DNA of 64,000 bases from Octopus vulgaris (Eukaryota): the NCBI GenBank assembly GCA_951406725.2, contig OX597824.1, positions 88,288,001-88,352,000 of the forward strand. Direction: 5' to 3'. A program made the translations under genes and the position numbers. Numbering within the stretch: the first letter of the stretch is position 1; the number at the start of each line of letters is the position of its first letter. The notes under the pieces are model-generated. The model made no database searches. It was not told the origin of the DNA and was given only the letters and a program-made list of their open reading frames with translations. Below, piece by piece: positions 50,701 to 61,197 of this stretch.

Positions 50701-53031
50701 GTGTTGTATGTATGTATTAATATTTTTTGCAAAATATATTGATGAAGGATATAAACATTCTTTTCTTCTCTAGGCACAAGGCCCGAAATTTTGGTGGGAG
50801 GGGGCCAGTTGATTAGATCGACCCCAGTATGCAACTGGTACTTAATTTATCGACCCCAAAAGGATGAAAGGCAAAGTCAGCCTTGGCAGAATTTGAACTA
50901 AGAATGTAAAGACAGACGAAATACTTATTTCTTTACTACCCACAAGGGGCTAAACACAGAGGGGACAAACAAGGACAGACAAACAGATTAAGTCGATTAT
51001 ATCGACCCCAGTGCATAACTGGTACTTATTTAATCGATCCCGAAAGGATGAAAGGCAAAGTCGACCTCGGCGGAATTTGAACTCAGAATGTAAAGACAGA
51101 TGAAATACTTATTTCTTTACTACCCACAAGGGGCTAAACACAGAGGGGACAAACAAGGACAGACAAACAGATTAAGTCGATTATATCGACCCAAGTGCAT
51201 AACTGGTACTTATTTAATCGATCCCGAAAGGATGAAAGGCAAAGTCGACCTTGCGGAATTTGAACTCAGAAAGTAATGGCAGAGGAAATACTGCTATGCA
51301 TTTCGCCCGGCGTGCTAACGCTTCTGCCAGCTCTCTGCCTTGAAGAATATAAACATTGAGGACAAAATGATAACGACAATGACAACAACAACAACAATAA
51401 GTCTTTCTGCTATAGGCACAAAGACTGAAAGGTAAAGTCAACTTCCGAACATAATTCCAGAATAAATGCTGCCAAGCATTTTCTTTGATGTGCTAACAAT
51501 TTTGCTAGCTCATTGCCTAAAAAATAATTAATAATAATAATGATAATAATTATGATTTCAAATTTTGGCACGAGACCAGCAATTATGGAGGAGGGGGCTA
51601 GTTGATTATATCGACACTCATCTTAATATGATGATGATGATGATGATGATGATTTCTCTTATTTGCCACCAAGGTGAAGGATGAGGGGCAGTACAAAGAC
51701 AGACATAAAGTGTAGGGGTTTACATATAATGGAATGATTACTGAAAAAAAAGAAAACAAGTGGCTGTGTGGTGAGTAGCTTGCTTACCAACCACATGGTT
51801 TCGGGTTCAGTCCCACTGCGTGACACCTTGGGTAAGTGTCTTCTACTATAGTCTCGGGCCGACCAAAGCCTTGTGAGTGGATTTGGTAGACGGAAACTGA
51901 AAGAAGCCCGTCGTATATATGTATATGTATATATGTGTGTGTATTTGTGTGTCTGTGTTTGTCCCCCCAACATCGCTTGGCAACGGATGCTGGTGTTTTT
52001 ATGTCCCCGTAACTTAGCGGTTCGGCAAATAAGACCGATAGAATAAGTGCTAGGCTTACAAAGAATAAGTCCTGGGGTCGATTTGCTTGACTAAAGGTGG
52101 TGCTCCAGCATGGCTGCAGTCAAATGACTGAAACGAGTAAAAGAGTATACATTAGAAGAAAGGAAGGATACGTAGTATATGACACCAGAGAAAAAGAAGT
52201 CATAGTTAGGGGGTACCCCCTTGTACAGGAGGACCTCTAGGGATAACCAAGGAACCCCACCATCCAAGATCCTCCTGAATACCAGGCACAGGTGCCCTCT
52301 TCGATAATGATAATTAAATCAAAAGAAAAAAAAATACTGCACAAACAAGTGGGGTCTACATTGATTAAAAGAGGAAACAACAGACAAGCACACATACGGG
52401 GACATAAACACACCAGCATTGGTTGTCAAGCAATGGTGGGGGAACAAACACAATCACACAAATATATACACAAACATACATATACATATATATGACAGGC
52501 TTCTTTCAGTTTCCGTCTACCAAATCCACTCACAAGGCTTTGGTCAGCCCAAGGCTATAGTAGAAGACACTTGCCCAAGGTGCCACGCAGTGGGACTGAA
52601 CCCGGAACCATGTGGTTGGTAAGCAAGCCACTTACCACACAGCGAGAAAATAAAAATAATAATAATAATAATAAAAAAAAAAGAAGTTCAAATTTTGTCC
52701 CTTGAAATATTTTTTGTGCATCAGCTAAGTTAATCCTTTCCCACTGTTGCACTTTAGAAATCTAGGGAACCAGAGTTTGGCCTGTCAGAAACCTGTAACC
52801 AACACCACTGTTTTTCACAAATTACAATATAAATAACTTATAACAGATGCATTATGAATTACTTACCAATGCTGTCTGGTGTTCAAAATCTGAAGTTTTA
52901 CTCAACAAATACATAGGAAAGGCGATATCTTCTGGGAAACTAAAAGATCCATTGTGAAGGGAAGATTTCACTGTAGCTGATGTCATCACAGACAGACGAT
53001 GGTACAAGTTTAAGAAATGCCTTCGAAACAT
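35019..53031 (-). CDS. ANL-superfamily protein (firefly luciferase / 4-coumarate-CoA ligase-like), 11 coding exons, 549 aa, degenerate adenylation motifs
   Basis: Exons 53031-52867, 49380-49173, 47015-46909, 45289-45090, 42816-42639, 41879-41708, 39738-39638, 39476-39332, 37719-37637, 35868-35709, 35149-35019. All introns are GT-AG, phases are consistent and the total is 1650 nt. Motifs: [80 protein letters not shown]. Confidence 0.92.
35990..36490 (-). mobile_element. CR1-clade LINE 3' fragment with (ATT)n tail
   Basis: [20 protein letters not shown]...[17 protein letters not shown]. Second copy at 43072-43390. Confidence 0.88.
37117..37207 (-). ncRNA. Type I hammerhead ribozyme, canonical core, long stem II, sense in an intron of the ANL gene
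   Basis: Minus strand: TTGG-CTGATGA-GTGCT(extended hairpin)AGTAC-GAA-AC(GATC)GT-A-CCAA. Confidence 0.75.
38719..39279 (+). mobile_element. Internally deleted mariner transposon
   Basis: TIR remnants GTCCGGAAAGTTTGTGCCGATTT / AAATTGGCACAAACTTTCTGGAC. The N-terminal [11 protein letters not shown] is fused to the C-terminal [16 protein letters not shown]...[13 protein letters not shown] 3' end copy lies at 48360-48480. Confidence 0.9.
40977..41185. repeat. (TTC)n microsatellite, about 65 units, tail of the adjacent RTE insertion
   Basis: Seen directly; source of the poly-E/F/R ORFs. Confidence 0.95.
41186..41675 (-). mobile_element. RTE-clade LINE with 5' inversion
   Basis: 41450-41186(-) encodes [11 protein letters not shown]...[12 protein letters not shown]. 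41455-41675(+) encodes the preceding region [30 protein letters not shown] related fragment lies at 46645-46815. Confidence 0.85.
42924..43756. mobile_element. Tc1/pogo-type MITE nested in a piggyBac-type MITE and itself interrupted by a CR1 fragment
   Basis: TIRs CCGTAAATCCTCGAGTATAATC / GACTATATTCGAGGATTTCCGG. A related TACCGTA element lies at about 19824-19980. Confidence 0.7.
44337..44472. repeat. 39-bp tandem repeat, about 3.4 copies
   Basis: Unit CAGAAACTGTGTCAATCAAATTCACAGAAACTTGATTGA. Confidence 0.9.
46040..46255 (-). mobile_element. RTE-type LINE 3' end with C2H2 finger
   Basis: [14 protein letters not shown]...[18 protein letters not shown]. Confidence 0.75.
50105..50645 (+). mobile_element. 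RTE-type LINE 3' end with degenerate zinc fingers
   Basis: [28 protein letters not shown] followed by frameshifted C2H2 remnants ([21 protein letters not shown]). Confidence 0.75.
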
Positions 53032-54229
53032 TGTTAAATCCTTTTTTTTTTTTTCCAATCTAAAATAAAAAAACTGTTCTTGATATTTCAATGAAATTAT
53101 TTAATTTTACTTTATATTCTTAAATTTTCACACTCTTTTCAGGGGTCCACAACTAAACAAACAAACAAATATCTTTATCGTATAAAAACTCTTCTTTGGT
53201 GCCAGCATCGAATTTTTAAAATATCCAAATTTAAGTATTCTTTACAGTGACATTTTCTCATTTTTAAACAAATACTTTTGAATGGAGAATGTAAGTTCCG
53301 AAGAATGATTGAGTTTGTGTGTGTGAGTAATATCTATAATGTTCGGTGTTTCTGTACATTCCAAGTTCAAACCTCACCAAGATCGACTTTGCCTTTTATA
53401 CTTGTGATATTGGTAAACTTATACAAGTATTGACAGCTTTGAGTCTAGGTAAGAAATCACTGTATATACACATATAAATAAAGAGTATTGAAATTCTTGG
53501 TAGTCAGCTTGTAGTTTAGAAATTATATTTCCTAGAGGAATTTAATCTCTTATGAGATTCAGTCAGTGAACTTTAGTTGACTGTAGAAATATAAAAAAAA
53601 CTTTGCTCATAACTCGTCACTGAAATTAGTCACGTCAACTCTGATCTTTTGGCCACATGACTGCTTCATGAACAGTACCAAAAATTTAGTCCCAAATACT
53701 GACCCCTAACCAAAGATAAACTAGATTACTAACCTACCTGTTTATCTTTTAATAGAGACAAATTTGTGGAGATAATCACTAGTCACTTTATTCAATATTT
53801 TCTCATCAGTCCTATATTTTGGACTGTAGACAATAAGGCCATATAAAGAACCTTATCTACATAAACTATTTGTATACTTATGAATTGAGATCACAGAAAG
53901 TAAAACTATTTTGTGATTTACTTTCAGTTAGCAGGGTGGATATATCGACAACATTCAGATAAAACCTTTTCACAGCTTATCAATAAAACTAGGTAGGCTA
54001 CGAAAATGTATATTATTATTACACATTTAAACATTCACCTTTGTGTAAAATTGGTTCCTATCAATAAAAAAGCTGTTAATTACTGCTTTGACGAGCTGGA
54101 CTGACATTTCTTAGTTGAAGTAAACATTAGAAGCTTCTATTTCTGATTATAGGAATATGTTGTTTTGATGATATATAATATATATATTTTATATAAATAT
54201 GATATTATATAATATATATATATGATATG

Positions 54230-54319
<90 letters not shown>

Positions 54320-54514
54320 ATGTCTTGTTGTTGAATACATATATAGGCGCAGGAGTGGCTGTGTAAAGGTAAGTAGCTTGCTTACCAACCACATGGCTCC
54401 GGGTTCAGTCCCACTGCGTGGCATCTTCGGCAACTGTCATCTACTATAGTCTCGGGCCGACCAAATGCCTTGTGAGTGGATTTGGTAGACGGAAACTGAA
54501 AGAAGTCTGTCATA

Positions 54515-54567
<53 letters not shown>

Positions 54568-54926
54568 ATGTTTGTGTGTCTGTGTTTGTCCCCCTAGCAT
54601 TGCTTGACAACCAATGCTGGTGTGTTTACGTCCCTGTTACTTAGCGGTTCAGCAAAAGAGACCGATAGAATAATTACTAGGCTTCCAAAGAATAAGTCCT
54701 GGGGTCGATTTGCTCGACTAAAGGCGGTGCTCCATCATGGCCGCAGTCAAATGACTGAAACAAGTAAAAGAAAAAAAGAAAGAAAGATATATATATATGA
54801 TATATAATATATATATTTTATACATATATATGATATTATATAATATACATATATGATATTATATAATATATATATATGATATGATATATAATATATAATG
54901 TCTTGTTGTTGAGATAAGCTCTCTTT

Positions 54927-55009
54927 CTTTCCTGATGAGAAGATTGCATTTTACACCGTTTATTCCTTTGGAATAAAACCAATGTTGTCTTCGAAACATA
55001 TGTCGAAAG
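54927..55009 (+). ncRNA. Type I hammerhead ribozyme, canonical core, GUC cleavage site
   Basis: CTTTC-CTGATGA-GAAGAT(extended hairpin)GTCTTC-GAA-AC(ATAT)GT-C-GAAAG. Predicted cleavage after C55004. Confidence 0.8.
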
Positions 55010-55434
55010 TAAAAGAATTTTACTAACATCTTTGTTCAAGTCCATTTATTTACTTATACTATACAAATTACTGGAGTTTCTACCTTTGAATAGGCCACTT
55101 CATCCGTGTTACTTGCGTGAATTTTGCTACCCTGGTAACTGTTTATTGAATTTTCCATGTTAACGGTAAACAAAGGATAATTCATTCATCCATTTATATA
55201 TAAACGATGCAGAGATGCAGCACGAAGTTTTGTCAGTGAACAGGTCGCGGTCTCAAAGCAACGAAAATATTTTGGCAAATTAAATTAAAATGTTGAAGTG
55301 AATCTAATGGCTTTTGTGTGTTTCTTAGATGGCTTATAAACACCTTCCACGCTGCAATTGTTTTCGCTCCAGCACACGATCTCAGATCAAGTCACTTGCT
55401 ATGCAAGTACATCTCCGTAACATTTATATATATA

Positions 55435-55820
55435 CTAGCAGTATCGCCCGGCGTTGCTCGGGTTTGTAAGGGAAATAACTATATAAGCATTTTTAGAGTT
55501 ATAGCCAAAAAATAGCAAAAAAATGCGTTGAAAATGGAAAAAAAATGATGGTAAATTTTTATTTAAATCGTTGACTTCATCGTAGACATTTTTAGAGAGT
55601 TACTTCCCTTATATAATAGCGAAAAAATGCATTAAAATGGAAAAAAATGATGGTAAATTGTTTTTTAAATCGTAGACTCATGCTAATACCCAGAAGGGCT
55701 CGACATGAATCATGACTATAAGATACCCGGTTTTGGTTAAACTGCACCGCAAAATGTGGGAGTAGTTAGGAATCTAAATCGTAGGAGACAGACACACAAC
55801 CTTACTTTTATATATAAAGA
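55435..55820 (-). mobile_element. Non-autonomous Helitron-type element
   Basis: Minus strand starts A|TCTTTATATATAAAAG and ends CCCGAGCAACGCCGGGCGATACTGCTAG|T. Confidence 0.75.
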
Positions 55821-56415
55821 TATATGATATGATATATAATATATATATATTTTGACTCGACTGGCTTCTGTGTTTGTGGCACGTAAGAGGCACCAACCGA
55901 TTTTGGCCGCTGCCAGCCTCCCCTGGCACCTGTGCCGGTGGCACGTAAAAAGCACCCACTTCACTCACGGTCGAACCATCCAACTTGTGCTAGCATGGAA
56001 AACTCAATGTATTTTTCAAAACTCGTGAACAGTCAGCCTCCCGGCTCTAGTCCTGCCTTATCTGTGCAGGCATGAATTAAACTGCCTTTCTTTTTCAACA
56101 TACTTGCCAGCATTCATCTGCTCCCTGACCCTTTTGTATATGCACCAGTTCAACTGATTTGGGTCTTTTTACTAACTTTAAATCAAAACACTTCTTCCCA
56201 TTTCACTGCTCCATTGTTTTCATTTTCTCATATTTTTGCACCTAAAGTTTTATGATTTGGTGTGGATTTCTTGTCTGCTGATGGCTTTAACTATAAACAC
56301 ATAAACTACAGTTCAAGCCATTATTCAAGATGGAAAGAGATCAAGACAGTAAAATGGCAAAGTCAAAGATGGTACACACAGTTGGGCATTTCTGTGTCTC
56401 AGGATAAATAAGGAT

Positions 56416-56466
56416 TGATAGATAGACAGAGAGATAGACAGATAGATAGATAGATGTATAGAGAGA

Positions 56467-56498
<32 letters not shown>

Positions 56499-56566
56499 TA
56501 GATAGACAGACAGACAGACAGATAGATAGAGAGATAGATAGAAAGATAGATAGATAGAGAGATAGA

Positions 56567-56598
<32 letters not shown>

Positions 56599-56680
56599 TA
56601 GATAGACAGACAGACAGAGAGATAGATAGATAGAGAGATAGATAGAAAGATAGATAGATAGAGAGATAGAAAGATAGATC

Positions 56681-56720
<40 letters not shown>

Positions 56721-56757
56721 TAGATAGATAGATAAATAGATAGATAGATAGATGGAT

Positions 56758-56791
<34 letters not shown>

Positions 56792-56803
56792 GGATAGATA
56801 GAC
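56416..56803. repeat. Compound (GATA)/(GACA)/(GA)n microsatellite
   Basis: Seen directly. Confidence 0.95.
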
Positions 56804-58574
56804 TGCCTTACAGTGATTGTTCTGAGACTCAGCACTTGAGTTCAAATCCTGCTGGGATCAACTTTGGTTTTATCCTTTTGGGCCCAATAAAAAAATGCAT
56901 CCGGGTGTCATCATTGCCAGAGCGGCTAACTGACCTCCATGCCGGTGGCACGTAAAAGGCACCAGCATTGCCTTACTGGCACCTGTGCTGGTGGCATGTG
57001 TAAAAGAACCGAGCGAGGTCGTTGCCAGTACCGCCTGACTGGCCCCTGTGCTAGTGGCACGTAAAAGCACCCACCACACTCTTGGAGTGGTTGGCGTTAG
57101 GAAGGGCATCCAGCTGTAGAAACTCTGCCAGATCAAGATTGGAGCCTGGTGCAGCCATCTGGTTCGCCAGCCCTCAGTCAAAATTGTCCAACCCATGCTA
57201 GCATGGAAAGCGGACGTTGAACGATGATGATGATGATGATGATGACTTCAGGGTAGTGGATTGGCAGAACTATAAGGACATCAGGATGCCTTGTGGTATT
57301 TGTTCTAGCTCTTTGTTTTCTGAGTTCAAATCCCACCATGACCTACTTGGACAGTAGACTTAATCTACCAATGGTACCTCGGATACCTTTAATAGAGTTC
57401 ACCCTGTTGCAAGCATTTGAGCCAGGTCCCTGGATTGAGAATACCAGCCTTCCTCTCTCCTACAAATCTCAGATGTCTTGTGAAGGGCCAAAAGCAATGC
57501 ATTCACACCTGATTAAGAAGATTTTTAAAAATGTGTAAGTGAAGATAACATTACCAAAAGGAGTCATAAAGAGATGATAATGGATGTTAAACTTGATGTT
57601 TTTACAAAGGTTTGATGAAGAAGAAAAATTTAACCAAATTGCAAAAACACTATAGCTTGTGATGACTACATTGGGAACAGAACATGGCAACAAAGATGAA
57701 ATTAGGGCAAGTGCTTAAACAGAAACTCCACTAAATCCCTGGACATTTGTTTTTTTTTACAGATTTGATGTGATGCTTCAAGTAGAACAACTTTTGAGTC
57801 TGTAGAATGACAATCTGATTGGATGTAATGTGCTGATAAACACAGTGGGTATTCAGGCAAAAGATACAAATTTGTATGACAAATTACAAATAGAAGAGCA
57901 CCATCCAAGCGTGATCGTTGCCAGAGCAGCCAACTGGCTTCCGTACCGGTGGCATGTAAAAGGGCACCATTCGGGCATGATCATTACCAACATCGCCTTA
58001 CTGGCACCTGTGCCGGTGGCAAGTGTAAAAAGATTCGAGCGAGGTCATTACCAGTACCGCCTGACTGGCCCCCGTGCTGGTGGCACATAAAAAGCACCCA
58101 CTATACTCTCGGAGTGGTTGGCATTAGGAAGGGCATCCAGCTGTAGAAACTCTGCCAGATCAAGATTGGAGCCTGGTGCAGCCATCTGGTTCGCCAGCCC
58201 TCAGTCAAAATCGTCCAACCCATGCTAGCATGGAAAGTGGAGATTAAATGATGATGATGATGATGAAAATACTATTTTAAAAAAATCTTTTCTTTGCAGT
58301 AAAGGCTGATTTGAAATGTTTCAGAGATACTTTAATTTATACAACATTAAAATGATAATTAAAGCTGTCAGGGCTCAAACAAATGCTGCTTTTAATTATC
58401 CTGGCAATCAAGCAAAATTTTACTGAAGGAAGTTATATATCAGGCATAGGAGTGGCTGTGTGGTAAATAGCTTGCTTACCAACCACATGGTTGCTGGTTC
58501 AGTCCCACTGCGTGGCACCTTGGGCAAGTGTCTTCTACTGTAGCCTCGGGCCGACCAAAGCCTTGTGAGTGGAT

Positions 58575-58628
<54 letters not shown>

Positions 58629-59776
58629 TATGCTTGTGTGTCTGTGTTTGCCTCCTGCCAACATCGCTTGACAACCGATGCTGGTGTGTTTACGTCCTCG
58701 TAAACACACCAAAAGAGACCGATAGAATAAGTACTTACAAAGAATAATTCCTGGGGTCGATTTGTTCGACTAAAGGCGGTGCTCCAGCATGGCCGCAGTC
58801 AAATGACTGAAAAACCTTAGTTCCTACACTGAGCTGCACAGAGACGATGCACTGCAAACGTTAATTACTTTGGATAAGTTCTTCACCTCTAGCAGATACT
58901 GGAGATAGTCTACAATGCAAATAAGAGAACCCTTCTTGGGGTCATCATAACATTATAAGCTCTTGGGCAAAACAATGTATTAAAACTCTGCATTCATAAC
59001 CACATCATACATGTATCAACACTGGCTCCTTAAATTTTGACTCCCTCTTTCGAGCAACTGCCCAGGGTACGCCTTAAATGCAAAGGTAAAGAATACACAC
59101 ACCCGGTATTTAAGGTTAGGGTTTAGGGTTACGCCCAAATCGGGTGGTGTACGTATTCTTTACTTCCTCCCGCTTGGCAGAAACGTTAGCACGCCGGGCG
59201 AAATGCTTGACAGTATTTCGCCTGCCGCTACGTTCTGAGTTCAAATTTCGCCGAGGTCGACTTTGCCTTTCATCCTTTCGGGATCGATTAAATAAGTACC
59301 AGTTACGCACTAGGGTCGATATAATCGACTTTATTCGTTTGTCTGCCTTGTTTGCCCTCTCTGTGTTTAGCCCCTTGTGGGTAGTAAAGAAATAGGTATT
59401 GGATATTCTTGCTCCCAGTAATTCCTACTACATCACCACCTCCCACACATCCACCAGCATCATTCGGGCTGAGTTTGTATCGTACTATAAAATCTCTGTA
59501 TTATTGTTTATCCTAAGTTACGGCAAAATATTCAGGAACAAGGCGGCGAGCTGGCAGAAACGTTGGCACGCCGGGCGAAATGCGTAGTCGTATTTCATCT
59601 GCCGTTACGTTCTGAGTTCAAATTCAGCCGAGGTCGACTTTGCCTTTCATCCTTTCGGGGTCGATCAAATAAGTACCAGCACTGGGATCAATGTAATCGA
59701 CTTAATCCGTTTGTCTGTCCTTGTTTGTCCTCTCTATGTTTAGCCCCTTGTGGGTAATGAAAGAAATAGAAAATAC

Positions 59777-60330
59777 CCAGGAACGCAAGATTGCGTAACG
59801 TGGTGGGGGATGCCTGTATTTCTGACTTGAAGTTAAAACAGCAACATAAATACAAGAAAGAAGCCAGTAAAAGAGTACAAAACTGTTAACAACCTGAAAT
59901 GGAAATAGTTTCCAAATACCGAAACCCCTTAGATATGAAACCGTATAGCTTACGTTTAAAAGACGTTTACAAACAGTGTAATATTAATAAAACTATTCGT
60001 TTAATATTCAAACTTCGGCCTCATTTTAGTGTACTTACCAAACGAGAAACCAAATATCTCTCAATTCTAGTTTTATGGATTGTATGTATATGTTCATATG
60101 AAACAACAAAGGAAGCGCCAACGTGACGGCTAGATATGTTAGGAACAGTTACCAAATCTTTTTTTTTTCTTCTTATTTCGTAAACTTCTGCTTTGGGTGT
60201 GAAGCTCGGACCCTACGGGTAGCCAACACAAAATGACCGAAGCGGGAAAGGGGCGTTCGAGATGACTTGGAAGCTGGCATTTTGTGCGTGATGACAACAG
60301 GACGACGACAAAAACATTCAACGACGGAAG
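59777..60330 (-). promoter_or_regulatory. Probable promoter and non-coding 5' exons of the ANL gene
   Basis: CpG-enriched unique sequence. Minus strand has CTTCCTTT (about 60115-60108), a donor TTTG|GTAAGT at 60039/60038, an acceptor TTTCCATTTCAG at about 59894 and a possible donor at about 59776. The first coding exon has its own acceptor at 53060. Confidence 0.45.
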
Positions 60331-60781
60331 TTTTAAAATAAGTTTTTAATGAATTAAAGTCATGTGAAATTCTGGAACAGACATGCAAAGCGAAAAATTA
60401 GGGAAATGAAGGAACTGAAAACGGACGTTAAGTTACGAAAGCAAAAACTGGACATTTAAAGATAAAACAAACTGGAGATCAGTTCATGTTGGAAAACTCA
60501 ACGTAAACTCCACGTGGCTGGAGACGACATCAAAACAAATAACCATGTTGCACAACAGCTTGGCTTGTTACTATGGAAACAGGCACAAATGTGTCTCTGG
60601 CTTCTGATTGGAGAAAATTACTCAAAATTTTCAAATATCAAAAGCTATTAACTTTTTAGTTATTAATTAATGACAAAAATGAATTTAATTTCCAATATTT
60701 GCATTCAAAACTACATCAATATAGCAAATTTGAAATAAATTGGAACAAAATTGAAGGAATTGAAAAATGAAGACATATAGA

Positions 60782-61197
60782 GGATATTTTCGGTTTGAAC
60801 GGCAGTTTTTTCTAGCGGTGTCATATGAAATTGTCACCCATAATTATGACCCTAGTATCGATCTATTGCATTTCAATCTGTTTTAGGGTTAGGGTTAGGG
60901 GTGGGGGGAAGGGTATCTTTTTTTCTTCACAAATGTAAATAAACCCAATCTGTTTCTTAAATGAGGGACATATTTATACGGCACAGAATGTTTTTCACCT
61001 CAATAGATGTCATTGATTGGTTGAAATTGCAGAAATTGATGAAAAAAACCCGAATATCTTACAAACTACAGAATTTTCTCATTAAAGCCAAGAGAAAAAG
61101 ATGTTTTATAAACACATTCTACCAATATACGAAGTTTAAAAGTGTTTAGTTACGTGGAAATTATTTTAAAAAACTACCGTTCAAACCGAAAAGATCC
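60782..61197. mobile_element. Non-autonomous TIR element with internal (TTAGGG)3
   Basis: TIRs GGATATTTTCGGTTTGAACGGCAGTTTT / AAAACTACCGTTCAAACCGAAAAGATCC. Confidence 0.8.

Noticed and set aside
35019-53031. Calling the ANL gene a true luciferase
   Set aside because: Family resemblance alone does not imply bioluminescence, and key adenylation residues are missing.
57768-57820. C/D-box-like string TGTGATGC...CTGA
   Set aside because: Imperfect C box, antisense to the only plausible host transcript, no recognisable guide.
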